The notes: generated from the sequence alone by a model not told the origin. 64,000 bases of DNA from Bacteroidota bacterium (GCA_018698135.1 JABINZ010000192.1:3237-67236); one strand, 5' to 3'; shown: positions 18,303 to 28,188, counted from the stretch's first letter. Made by a program: numbers and translations.

Positions 18303-21194
18303 CTATTCTATTAATATTCGCCTACTAAGCTGAAATTCATTCAAATCCAACTGAAGAAAGTAAATTCCTTGTTTCAGACCAATAACATCTATTGTACAAG
18401 GTAATTTAGCATTATTATCCGACAACACTTTCATACCTACGGTATTAAATATTGAAATTGATTGACAATTAGTAATTTTTCCAACATCAATGAATAACTT
18501 ATCTGATACTGGATTGGGATAAATTGTAACGAATTGTTCGTGATTTTCATGTAGCGAGCTGAAAACTTCTATCAATTGCTCTTTTGTCAATTCACCAATA
18601 CAGGTTGAATCACTGATAGCTATTAGTTTTACATCCAGCAATCCTTGATTAAGATAAGTATGAGATGGATGCTCGAAAAACGAACTATCTCCATCACCAA
18701 AATACCATAAATAATTAGTAATTATACCAGAGCTTATACTACTTTGATTTATAAACTGAACCTGCAAAGGCAGAGTTCCTGTATCTTTATCAGCTACAAA
18801 GTCTACAATCGGTAGAGGATTCAAATTAAAATAGATTTCCTTGCTATTTGCACAACCATTGGAATCACTAACTTTATATACTAATGGGTTCGTTGAATTT
18901 GATTTAGATGGATTGAAAAAATGATCAAAACCAATTCCTGTGCTACCACTCCAAATTCCTCCATCAGGCGAAACATAAGGTTCCAAGTCAAGGTATTCAT
19001 CTTCATCGCAAAAACTAAATGCTTGAATAATATTGATTTTAGGATAATCTTTTATCGCAACAGTTGTTTTGTCGAAAGTGAAACAATGGGTTGCTGTATC
19101 TGTATAGGAATAGAATAACAAGTAAGATTTTGCATCGGCTTTATTAACTCTTAACACATTATTCTTAACAAGTATGGTATCCTGACCATACCAGATTCCT
19201 CCTTTTGGAGATACAAAACTATCAAGAGCCAGATTTTCATCATTCAGGCAAATATCTGGAATAGGTAAAAAGTTAATCTTGGGTTCTTTGTCGTAAAAAA
19301 CTATTATAGTGTCTTTATCCTTACAGCCATTTTCATTAATCGCTTCACAACTAAAAGTACCGGGCATGTAAACAATAATACTTTCTGTATGTCCTTTGGG
19401 GCAAGTGCAAGACAAATCCAGCCAATTAAAAGATGAAATTATATGACCTTCATCAAATTGGGGTGTAGCACTCAGTTCTACTGGATTACCAGGGCAGGTA
19501 ATTGTATCCTGAGATAGAGAAATATTGAAGTCATCGACTTTAATCCACATGCTATCTGTATCGGAAAACATTGAATCTCTTACTTCTAAAATTACAAGTG
19601 TATCCTTTACCAAAGAATTTAGTTGCAAAAAAGATGTTGAATCTCCAGTACTCCATATATAACTGACATGGCTAAGTGAGTCCGAAACTATAGGAGTAAT
19701 TGAAATGCTCCCATTCTTACAAATTACTGTGTCATTCGGTAATTCAACTTTAATTTTTTTCAGAATTTCTAACGTATCAAAATAAGCTTTTGTACATCCA
19801 CTTCCTTCCACTTCCAATCTGATTGGATATGAGCCAATACTATTTATAATTAAAAAATAATCAGCATTCGACTTTACATGCTTGTTATTAACATACAATT
19901 TGTAGGATATGACACTTTTTGTATTGATTGCTTTTAATTCATATTTATTTATTCCAACATGTAAGATCTCTATTTCGGCCTTTGGTGAAGGTTCAACATA
20001 TATCAAATAAGATTTTGAGGATTGCCCATAAGCTGGACACTTATTGTCATATATCTGTAACGTAAGCGTATAAGGGTTTACAGAAATATCTGAGCTATCT
20101 GTTTGCCAATATAAAGTACCACTTGCTTTCCTAGTTGTTAAATTGTTATCTGACCATGTGCTCCCTGCTGGTTTTTGAATTAATTTATATTGAACAGTAT
20201 CATGGAAGTCAGTATCAGTATATAAAACTGGTAGTACTAGATTATTACCTGCACAAATTCGTAATGTGTTTAAGTTAGAAAATCGAGGCTTATTATTTTG
20301 AGGACATGAAATAACCTGAAAAGCTATGTCTCGATTAACTTCCCCTATTTTCACATACACTCCACTAATTTTTCGCCATTCAATTACTTTTAACATTAAG
20401 AATGTGCTTTCAATTTTCATTGGTCGAAATTCGATATCTCCAGTTTGCTTGTTAAGACGAAAGCCAGTACCATGTGGTAATGTGGCATTTGCATTTGGGA
20501 ATCCCCAGAAATACAATGGTTTATCATAACTATAACTGCCCGAATAACTTATAGTAGTACCATAACTATTACGTGGTTGGTTAAGCTCATACGAAATTGA
20601 ATCCGACAAATTGCCGATGGAATCTCTATCCTGATCATTTGCTCCAATATTGTAATGAAAATCAGTACCAATACAACCTAATAAGATAGGATCATTCATT
20701 AATTGTGGGCTATTATCGCAAGGACTTAAACATCGATTTAATACTGAATAAACAAAAACGCCTACTCCTCCACTGGATAAATTTGATGTGCCAACTCTTG
20801 AATCCCCATAGTTCTCAAACCTGATTTCACAAATACTACCAACATTTCCAAGATAAACTACTTTGAGGGCAATCTTTTTTTCTATTCCATATGGAAAAGT
20901 TGAATTACCATTACACCTTGAATCAATGCTTGAACAAATGGGAGTAATATCAACTGTAGAAGAAAATGCTAATGATTCAGACCTGATCAACGTGTTAGTA
21001 CTATGATCTCTAATATTAAGTGTATTTGTTGAACCTTGAATCCCATTACAATCTCGATAATAAGTATACTTAACCAAAAAACTATCCTGACCCACACAAG
21101 TCCAAGTAATATCAGAACCATATTGATGGGTGGCTTTTGCAAAAAAACTTAAGGATACAATTAATAAAACAAAAAACAACTTTCTCATAATCAT
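18303..21194 (-). CDS. Secreted T9SS cargo protein, paralog B: Cys-rich N-terminal domain, Ig-like/PKD region, type-A T9SS C-terminal domain
   Basis: 963 aa; signal peptide; N-domain DITWTCVGQDSFLVKYTYYRDCNG, SYSYDKPLYFWGFP, FRPMKI; PKD motif WYFGDGDSS...HTY; C-terminus IYPNPVS...GIYFLQL...; 4-bp start/stop overlap with paralog C. Confidence 0.75.
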   Translation of the reverse strand: MIMRKLFFVLLIVSLSFFAKATHQYGSDITWTCVGQDSFLVKYTYYRDCNGIQGSTNTLNIRDHSTNTLIRSESLAFSSTVDITPICSSIDSRCNGNSTFPYGIEKKIALKVVYLGNVGSICEIRFENYGDSRVGTSNLSSGGVGVFVYSVLNRCLSPCDNSPQLMNDPILLGCIGTDFHYNIGANDQDRDSIGNLSDSISYELNQPRNSYGTTISYSGSYSYDKPLYFWGFPNANATLPHGTGFRLNKQTGDIEFRPMKIESTFLMLKVIEWRKISGVYVKIGEVNRDIAFQVISCPQNNKPRFSNLNTLRICAGNNLVLPVLYTDTDFHDTVQYKLIQKPAGSTWSDNNLTTRKASGTLYWQTDSSDISVNPYTLTLQIYDNKCPAYGQSSKSYLIYVEPSPKAEIEILHVGINKYELKAINTKSVISYKLYVNNKHVKSNADYFLIINSIGSYPIRLEVEGSGCTKAYFDTLEILKKIKVELPNDTVICKNGSISITPIVSDSLSHVSYIWSTGDSTSFLQLNSLVKDTLVILEVRDSMFSDTDSMWIKVDDFNISLSQDTITCPGNPVELSATPQFDEGHIISSFNWLDLSCTCPKGHTESIIVYMPGTFSCEAINENGCKDKDTIIVFYDKEPKINFLPIPDICLNDENLALDSFVSPKGGIWYGQDTILVKNNVLRVNKADAKSYLLFYSYTDTATHCFTFDKTTVAIKDYPKINIIQAFSFCDEDEYLDLEPYVSPDGGIWSGSTGIGFDHFFNPSKSNSTNPLVYKVSDSNGCANSKEIYFNLNPLPIVDFVADKDTGTLPLQVQFINQSSISSGIITNYLWYFGDGDSSFFEHPSHTYLNQGLLDVKLIAISDSTCIGELTKEQLIEVFSSLHENHEQFVTIYPNPVSDKLFIDVGKITNCQSISIFNTVGMKVLSDNNAKLPCTIDVIGLKQGIYFLQLDLNEFQLSRRILIE

Positions 21195-24067
21195 TCAATT
21201 AGTATTCGCTTTTGAAACTGATTCTCATTTAATTCTATCTGAAGAAGATAAACGCCTGGTTTAAAAGTACTAACATTAATTGTACAAGGAAGTGTTTTTT
21301 CGTTTTGAGAGAACACTTTTTCGCCTAGGGTATTAAATAAGGAAATTGATTGACTGATAGTAGTTTTTCCCAAATCAATAAATAAACTTTGTGAGACAGG
21401 ATTTGGATAGATTTGCACAATTTGATCAGGATGTTTACCTAATGAACTAAATACCTCTATCAATTGCTCTTTTGTCAATTCACCAATACAGCTTGAATCA
21501 CTGATAGCAATTAGTTTTACATCCAGCAATCCCTGATTTAGATAAGTATGAGTTGGATGCTCGAAAAACGAACTATCTCCATCACCAAAATACCATAAAT
21601 AATCAGTAATTATACCAGAGCTTATGCTACTTTGATTGGAAAACTGAACCTGCAAAGGCAGAGTTCCTGTATCTTTATCAGCAACAAAATCTACAATCGG
21701 TAGTGGATTCAAATTAAAATAGATTTCCTTGCTATTTACACAACCATTGGAATCAGTAACTTTATAAACTAATGGTTTCGTTGAATTTGCTTTGGATGGA
21801 TTGAAAAAATGATCAAAACCAATTGCTGTGCTACCACTCCAAATTCCTCCAACAGGCGAAATATAAGGCTCCAAATCATAGTATTTGTCTACATTACAAA
21901 AACTAAAGGCTTGAATCATATTGATATTAGGATAATCTTTTATCTCAACAGTTGTTTTGTCGAAAGTGAAACATTGTGTGGTTGTATCTGTGTAGGAATA
22001 AAAAAGCAAATAATGTTTAGCTTGTGCTTTATTTACCTGCAACATATTGTTTTTAACAATAATAGTATCCTGACCATACCAGATTCCTCCTTTTGGAGAT
22101 ACAAAACTATCGAGAGCCAGATTTTCATCATTCAGGCAAATATCTGGAATCGGCAAAAAGCTAAGCTCAGGTTCTTTATCATAAATAACTACAATTGTAT
22201 CTTTGTCCATACAGCCATTTTCATTAATCGCTTCACAACTAAAAGTACCTTGCATATAAACGATAATACTATCGGTGTGTCCTTGTGGGCATGTGCAAGA
22301 CAAATCCAGCCAACTGAAAGATGATACTATTTGGCCTTCATCAAATTGCGATGTAGCTCTCAGTTCTACTGGATTACCAGGGCAGGTAATTGTATCCTGA
22401 GAAAGTGAAATACCAAAGTCATCGACTTTAATTAATATAGAATCCTCATCACTACAGCCATCGGTATTTGAAGTTGATAAATGAAAGTAAGTATCTTTAA
22501 ATAAGGGTATCGTATTTAGATAAGAGTTCGTATCCCCTCCTATCCACAAATAGGATAGTGGTGAGCTTGTTCCTATAACTTTGCTTTGAATTTGAATACT
22601 ATCTCCCATGCAAATAATAGTATCTATTGGCAATTCAACTTTAAGGACATTTTGGACATTAAAAGTATCAACAGACTTCTGCACACACCCAAATTGATCT
22701 TCGACTATAATATCCAAGGGATACAATCCACTTTGATTAAAATCCAAAGAACATTTGAAATTTTGTGAGATTGTGTCTCCATTTATAAGCCAATTAACAA
22801 TAGCTGCAGGAACTTTTTTATAATTATACTCAAGTATGTATTTGCCGCAATTTTGATCAAGAATAGTAAATCCGGGTTTCAAATTTGAAGATCTTACCCT
22901 TATCTGCACTTTTTTGTAATCATGTCCATTTATAGGACAATGTTGATCGTGTGCATTGACAACGAAAGTATAGGGAATAGAACTTACTTGTTGCTCTGAT
23001 GGCACCCAGTTTAAAACTGCCAACAAACTATCTTGGGAATATTTTGTTATTGACCATTGAACACCTGATGCAAATGAATCCAACATCAATGTAAGTGAAT
23101 CATTTATATCCTTATCATAGACCATATAGCTTAATTGTATTGTATCGCCTACACAAATTTCTTCATAATAATCGCCAGTAATAATAGGTAAGTTATTTCC
23201 CGTACAAGACATAACAATTAGTTGATGATCTCTAATGGTTTCGGCAATTTTAATCCATGTATTGTTTACTTTTTTAAATCTTTTAACTTTTACGGCAACA
23301 ACAGTTTGTTCAACTTTTTGCGGATTAAATAATAAAAATCCATTTCTGTTATCCATATGAATACCTTTCGGCAAATAATTATTTTTTTGAGGGAAGCCCC
23401 AAAATGAAATAGGCTTGTCATAAGAATATGAGCCAGAATAAGTGCAATTATCTGTCAGTTCATAGGAAACAGAATCTGTTGTTGAATTTGCTACAATATC
23501 ACTTTGCGCACTTATTTGATAATTGAGTAAACTATTTTGATTTAAGCAGATTAAAGTAGTGGGATCATCGGCAAATTCCATGGAGGCATTTATTGGAAAT
23601 AAACATCTATCAAGTTTAGCATTAAGATATAAAATGTCATTGCTCGATGCTCCAGTTGTAATATTATCACTTCTGCAACACATACTGGCACTAATCAATA
23701 AGTTGCAACAACTTCCAGCATTAGATAATACAAATAATTTTACATACTCAAATTTTGAAATACCATATGGAAAAGTACAAAATTGAGGGTGTGTGCATTT
23801 ATTGCATGAAGAAGCACAAGTAGGTGTAATATCAGTTTCTGCGGGTTGTGTAATAGTTTCTGAAGCCAATAATGCACCGGTCTCACACTTGATAGTAACC
23901 GTTAGATTACTTGGGAACAATGTGGCACATTCTCGATATAGAGTTGTAGTAATCAGAAAACTGTCCTGACCAACACAGCTCCATTCAATTTCGCCTCCGG
24001 TAATATGAATGGCTTTTAAAGAGAAGCTTGCTAAAATAATGGATAAGATTAAAAGTAATTTTTTCAT
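21191..24067 (-). CDS. Secreted T9SS cargo protein, paralog C: same architecture as B
   Basis: 958 aa; N-domain GGEIEWSCVGQDSFLITTTLYRECA, SYSYDKPISFWGFP; ~340 aa ~90% identical to paralog B ending in the PKD motif; type-A CTD. Confidence 0.75.
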   Translation of the reverse strand: MKKLLLILSIILASFSLKAIHITGGEIEWSCVGQDSFLITTTLYRECATLFPSNLTVTIKCETGALLASETITQPAETDITPTCASSCNKCTHPQFCTFPYGISKFEYVKLFVLSNAGSCCNLLISASMCCRSDNITTGASSNDILYLNAKLDRCLFPINASMEFADDPTTLICLNQNSLLNYQISAQSDIVANSTTDSVSYELTDNCTYSGSYSYDKPISFWGFPQKNNYLPKGIHMDNRNGFLLFNPQKVEQTVVAVKVKRFKKVNNTWIKIAETIRDHQLIVMSCTGNNLPIITGDYYEEICVGDTIQLSYMVYDKDINDSLTLMLDSFASGVQWSITKYSQDSLLAVLNWVPSEQQVSSIPYTFVVNAHDQHCPINGHDYKKVQIRVRSSNLKPGFTILDQNCGKYILEYNYKKVPAAIVNWLINGDTISQNFKCSLDFNQSGLYPLDIIVEDQFGCVQKSVDTFNVQNVLKVELPIDTIICMGDSIQIQSKVIGTSSPLSYLWIGGDTNSYLNTIPLFKDTYFHLSTSNTDGCSDEDSILIKVDDFGISLSQDTITCPGNPVELRATSQFDEGQIVSSFSWLDLSCTCPQGHTDSIIVYMQGTFSCEAINENGCMDKDTIVVIYDKEPELSFLPIPDICLNDENLALDSFVSPKGGIWYGQDTIIVKNNMLQVNKAQAKHYLLFYSYTDTTTQCFTFDKTTVEIKDYPNINMIQAFSFCNVDKYYDLEPYISPVGGIWSGSTAIGFDHFFNPSKANSTKPLVYKVTDSNGCVNSKEIYFNLNPLPIVDFVADKDTGTLPLQVQFSNQSSISSGIITDYLWYFGDGDSSFFEHPTHTYLNQGLLDVKLIAISDSSCIGELTKEQLIEVFSSLGKHPDQIVQIYPNPVSQSLFIDLGKTTISQSISLFNTLGEKVFSQNEKTLPCTINVSTFKPGVYLLQIELNENQFQKRILIE

Positions 24068-24071
24068 AGGG

Positions 24072-25772
24072 CTATTTTATTAAAATACGCTTCCAATATT
24101 TTTCAGTTTGCGTATCAAGTTGAAGGATGTATACTCCTGTATTTAATGAGCTTATGTCCAATAAATAGGGTAAATTAGTTTTTGATTTTTGCAATACAGT
24201 TTCGCCTAAAGAATTGAAAACACTAATTGCTCGAATAACTTCAGGATTTTCAAACTTTAACAGGATTTGTTCACCTGCTGGATTTGGATAAACCACTAAT
24301 TTTTTTGCTTTTACTGGAGATATCGACACATTGGTATCATAAACTAAAGTATCAAAATAAATGCGCTGACATTGCTGAGTTTCAACCTGCAGCGTATATG
24401 GATATTTCCCTGGTTTATCAAATTTATAATGCATGGAAGGTCCGGCAAAAACAAATCCCGGATTGAAATTCCCAACCCATGTGTAAGAAGGATTCTTTCC
24501 AACAATCGTTTTTGCATGAAAATAATAAAGACCTCCTCCACTGTCAATTTTGGTATGTTCTGCTTCTGGCAGAGGTTTTACTAAAATTTGATAGGCTCTT
24601 GTTGCACTCCCATTTACCGGACATGCATCATCTTTTACTGTAACCGTAAAAACATAAGGAATGTCACTGGCATCTTCTTTAGCAGGTGTCCAAGAGAGCG
24701 TTCCTGTTGGATGTTTTACTACTTTATTATTATCATTCCATAAAGCTCCTGAAATACTTCCATTCCAGCTTATCAATAAAGTATCTTTTGAATCGTAATC
24801 ATTTGTGTGAATACTGAAGTGTACTGTAGAAGTAGCACATGTTTCTTTATAATAGGGCCCAGCTAAAACAGGTGCATTGTTTTTTGGACATTGAATTACA
24901 ATAATGGCAATTTCGCGGGTGGTCTCACCAATAATTTTTTGCCCATTACGGAACTCAGTCACTTTCTCTGCCATAGATGAAAAGCCAAAAGAATCCGGTC
25001 TGAATTGAATTCCACCACAAATTTGATCCAAATGAAATCCTCTAGGAAATGGTAATTTCTCATTTGGATATCCCCAAAAATACATGGATTTATCAAATGT
25101 AAATGGACTATTATAGGTAACAATAGCAGTAGATGATATTTTTGGAGCCACCCACTCATATGATAGGGAATCGAGTAAGCCTCCACTTCCTCCAACATCA
25201 ATATCTACAACTCCATGGCAAAAAACAAAATCCTGATCTTTACAAATAATAGCAATGGGAGGATTCGTAAAACTCGGGGAATTATCACATGGAGAAATAC
25301 ATCGGTTTAACCATGCTTCCAAATGAAAAGGACTATTTCCCTGAATATTTGTGAATGCTTTACTTCTGCAACAAGCTGTATACGACATACTAATTTCGCA
25401 ACAACTAACTGAACTTGGTATTACAATCAACTTTGAATAAGTGTATTGTTCGATACCATATGGAAAAGTACTGTTGGGATCCTGACAACGTGTTGAAGTT
25501 GCTCCACAAGTTGGTGTAATATCAACCGGAGGTGGTTTCATTATTGTAAGGTTTTGAATTAAAGTGCCTGTTGATTTACACTTAATAGGCATTTGAATAG
25601 AATCTGGCATTGCAGCTTGATTGCAATCTTTATACAAGACCATTTTAATTATAAAACTATCGGAACCTATACACGTCCAGGTAATATCACCTCCAAGATA
25701 GCCAGTTTGTGCTTTTACAAAAAATGATAAAGAGATAAATAGAGCAAGTGCTAGAAAAGTCTGTTTTTTCAT
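24072..25772 (-). CDS. Secreted T9SS cargo protein, paralog D (start placed at the internal Met 'MKKQTFLALALF' signal peptide, not the longer ORF start at 25892)
   Basis: N-domain GGDITWTCIGSDSFIIKMVLYKDCN, FTFDKSMYFWGYP, FRPDSF, YQILVK; C-terminus VVYPNPAGE...GVYILQL... type-A CTD; 4 bp from paralog C. Confidence 0.7.
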   Translation of the reverse strand: MKKQTFLALALFISLSFFVKAQTGYLGGDITWTCIGSDSFIIKMVLYKDCNQAAMPDSIQMPIKCKSTGTLIQNLTIMKPPPVDITPTCGATSTRCQDPNSTFPYGIEQYTYSKLIVIPSSVSCCEISMSYTACCRSKAFTNIQGNSPFHLEAWLNRCISPCDNSPSFTNPPIAIICKDQDFVFCHGVVDIDVGGSGGLLDSLSYEWVAPKISSTAIVTYNSPFTFDKSMYFWGYPNEKLPFPRGFHLDQICGGIQFRPDSFGFSSMAEKVTEFRNGQKIIGETTREIAIIVIQCPKNNAPVLAGPYYKETCATSTVHFSIHTNDYDSKDTLLISWNGSISGALWNDNNKVVKHPTGTLSWTPAKEDASDIPYVFTVTVKDDACPVNGSATRAYQILVKPLPEAEHTKIDSGGGLYYFHAKTIVGKNPSYTWVGNFNPGFVFAGPSMHYKFDKPGKYPYTLQVETQQCQRIYFDTLVYDTNVSISPVKAKKLVVYPNPAGEQILLKFENPEVIRAISVFNSLGETVLQKSKTNLPYLLDISSLNTGVYILQLDTQTEKYWKRILIK

Positions 25773-26005
25773 AAGATTTCTGTTTATTGATAAGAAATTT
25801 TTCACTACAAGCATAAGAGAAATGAGTTTTACCTTTTCAGGAAAATTCGTATTAACATCCTTTAGTATATATGTCAGACCAAAAGTAACCATTAAACATA
25901 AAATATTTGTTTAATTTTACAATCAGACAATTTGTTAAAAAATGTCAAAATTATTCTGCTGGCATATCATTTGCCAATTTGATTCTTGATTTAAAATAAA
26001 AAAAC

Positions 26006-27457
26006 ATGAATAAAATAGGGAAACAACTAATACTACTCTTAATTGCAGGGATTTTAGGTGGAATAATTGGCGTTGGAATTGTCATGTCAATTGATAATAA
26101 TGACAAGAATACCGATGGCAACAAACCAGGCAATCTTACTAATTTTACAGTCGACCAAATTACAATACCCACATTCGATTTTTCAGTTATAGCCGAACAC
26201 ATTACACCAACTGTTGTTCATATCAAAACAACGATTGATGCTAGTTCAGTTGAAAATCCACATAAAGGCAATCCATTTTTTGAGTTCCTTGATCCAAAAA
26301 TGTTTAAATATCCACAATCAGGAAGTGGCTCAGGTGTTATCATATCATCTGATGGCTATATTGTGACAAACAATCATGTTGTAGCTGATGCAGATAAAAT
26401 TGAAGTAAGCTTATACGATAAAAGAACTTACATGGCTGAAGTAATTGGTAAAGATCCACAAACCGATTTAGCTTTAATAAAAATAGATGCCAAGGACTTA
26501 CCAATTTTAGACTATGGAAATTCGGATGAATTGAAAGTTGGTGAATGGGTGCTAGCACTTGGAAATCCTTTTAATTTAAACTCGACTGTAACCGCTGGTA
26601 TTGTTAGTGCCAAAGCCAGAAGCATTGGAATATTAGGTGGTGGTTCTGCAATAGAATCATTTATTCAGACTGATGCCGCAGTAAATCCCGGGAATAGTGG
26701 AGGAGCCTTAGTAAATGTGGAAGGAAAACTTGTTGGCATTAATACAGCTATTGCTTCCAGAAGTGGGCAATATGAAGGTTATTCATTTGCTGTGCCTTCA
26801 AATATTGTTATTAAGGTTATTAATGATATTAAGAAATATGGAAAAGTACAACGCGGTTTACTTGGTGTAAATATTTCTGAAGTAACTACTGAAATTGCCA
26901 AGGATAACAAATTGGATAAACCTATAGGTGTATATATTCAGGATGTTGTTGCAGAAGGTGCTGCAAAAGAAGCTGGAATAAAAAAGGGCGATATAATAAT
27001 AAAAATCAATGACAGGAAAGTAAACTCAGTGCAAGCTTTGCAAGAAGAAGTTTTCATTAACAGACCTGGAGATAAAATTGACGTCACTTTAATCAGAAAC
27101 GGAAATGAAAAAGTATTTAGTGTAACTCTTAAAGATTTCAAAGGCAATGAAGAAATTGTTATTGATAAAACAGATGAATTAAGACGTGAACTAGGTGCTG
27201 AATTTGCTGAGTTAACTGCAAAAGAAAAAGCCAGAATGGGTCTTGAGAATGGAGTTCGGGTGAGTAATGTTTCCAGTGGAAAAATGAAATCTGCAGGCAT
27301 TCCTAAAAACTTTGTGATCACGAAAATTGATCGAAAAAGAGTCATTAAAATTGAAGATGTATATGAATTTCTTGGAAGTGCCAAAGATGGCGTACTTATT
27401 GAAGGAATTGAACCTGATGGTTCAAAAGCATATTATGGCTTTGGATTAAGTGATTAG
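26006..27457 (+). CDS. htrA: Periplasmic serine endoprotease DegP/HtrA/DegQ (trypsin-like domain plus two PDZ domains)
   Basis: 483 aa; N-terminal TM/signal, catalytic triad context (TNNHVV; DLALIKI; GNSGGAL), two PDZ-like regions. Confidence 0.9.
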   Translation: MNKIGKQLILLLIAGILGGIIGVGIVMSIDNNDKNTDGNKPGNLTNFTVDQITIPTFDFSVIAEHITPTVVHIKTTIDASSVENPHKGNPFFEFLDPKMFKYPQSGSGSGVIISSDGYIVTNNHVVADADKIEVSLYDKRTYMAEVIGKDPQTDLALIKIDAKDLPILDYGNSDELKVGEWVLALGNPFNLNSTVTAGIVSAKARSIGILGGGSAIESFIQTDAAVNPGNSGGALVNVEGKLVGINTAIASRSGQYEGYSFAVPSNIVIKVINDIKKYGKVQRGLLGVNISEVTTEIAKDNKLDKPIGVYIQDVVAEGAAKEAGIKKGDIIIKINDRKVNSVQALQEEVFINRPGDKIDVTLIRNGNEKVFSVTLKDFKGNEEIVIDKTDELRRELGAEFAELTAKEKARMGLENGVRVSNVSSGKMKSAGIPKNFVITKIDRKRVIKIEDVYEFLGSAKDGVLIEGIEPDGSKAYYGFGLSD

Positions 27458-27481
27458 TTTTGATTTAAGGTTAGAGTTTAT

Positions 27482-27518
27482 AAAGGCTGTTCCGAATAAT
27501 TCGGGATGGCCTTTTTTT
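27482..27518 (+). terminator. Rho-independent terminator of htrA (aaaggctgttccgaa-taa-ttcgggatggccttttttt)
   Basis: Imperfect ~12-bp stem plus a T7 run 25 nt after the htrA stop. Confidence 0.6.
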
Positions 27519-27519
27519 G

Positions 27520-27658
27520 ACTCATCCCCTAACCCCTTCTCTAAAAAATCAAAGAAGGGGAATTGATCCTACTTCAAAATATAAATTTATTCACAAATAT
27601 ATAGGAGTACAATGTGTTCCCTTCTTTACGCAGTAGAGAAGGGCTAGGGATGAGTTCC
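27520..27658. mobile_element. MITE-like palindromic element copy 1 (~139 bp, ~22-bp imperfect terminal inverted repeats actcatcccctaaccccttctct / agagaagggctagggatgagt), coordinates approximate
   Basis: Terminal inverted repeats plus an inner inverted repeat (agaagggga / ttcccttct); AT-rich centre; near-identical second copy at ~28043..28182. Confidence 0.65.
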
Positions 27659-27664
27659 TAACAC

Positions 27665-28030
27665 CTATACTTCAAAACTAATTTTCACCCTATCCAATAC
27701 TAAATTGATATCACCAAGTTCTTTATTTTTAAAGCGAATGATTCTATATCCCAAATTCTTTAAAACTGCTTCTCTATCTTGATCATATTCCATTTGGAAA
27801 TCGTGAATCTTACCATCTAATTCAATAATCAATTTATACTCTGCACAATAAAAATCAACAATATAAAACTCTGGTTGGGTTGAGTCTTTTATCACAATTG
27901 GATGCTGTCTGAGAAACTTCTTTCCTCCGAGTTTTCTATTTCTTAGAATGTTCCATAGTATTTTTTCAGCTGGAGTTTGATTTTTCCTCAAATCTCGAGC
28001 TGTGTTTTTTATAGCGTCCCATTTATTCAT
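27665..28030 (-). CDS. DUF559 (Vsr/MutH-like PD-(D/E)xK endonuclease domain) protein
   Basis: 121 aa; typical DUF559 blocks (QTPAEKILWNILRNRKLGGKKFLRQHPI; DFYCAEYKLIIELDGKIHDFQ...D.DR...L...GY...RF.N); sits exactly between the two MITE-like copies. Confidence 0.75.
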   Translation of the reverse strand: MNKWDAIKNTARDLRKNQTPAEKILWNILRNRKLGGKKFLRQHPIVIKDSTQPEFYIVDFYCAEYKLIIELDGKIHDFQMEYDQDREAVLKNLGYRIIRFKNKELGDINLVLDRVKISFEV

Positions 28031-28042
28031 GGCTTGAATTTA

Positions 28043-28182
28043 ACTCATCCCCTAACCCCTTCTCTGAAAAATCAAAGAAGGGGAATTAATCCTACTTCAA
28101 AACTATAATTTTATTCACAAATATATAGGAGTACAATCTGTTCCCTTCTTTACGCAGTAGAGAAGGGCTAGGGATGAGTTCC
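28043..28182. mobile_element. MITE-like palindromic element copy 2 (direct repeat of 27520..27658, a few substitutions), coordinates approximate
   Basis: Aligned by eye to copy 1 over ~140 bp with a handful of mismatches (ctaaaaaa vs ctgaaaaa; ttgatcc vs ttaatcc; aaatataaattt vs aactataatttt). Confidence 0.65.
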
Positions 28183-28188
28183 AAATAC

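Noticed and set aside
21809-22324. 171-aa plus-strand ORF (and similar 60-100-aa ORFs at 18921, 20326, 22586, 23559, 24284-24584, 24959) inside the T9SS paralog genes
   Set aside because: Antisense to long, well-supported CDSs; no motifs; typical spurious ORFs in AT-rich sequence.
26938-27384. 148-aa minus-strand ORF inside htrA
   Set aside because: Antisense to a confidently identified protease gene.
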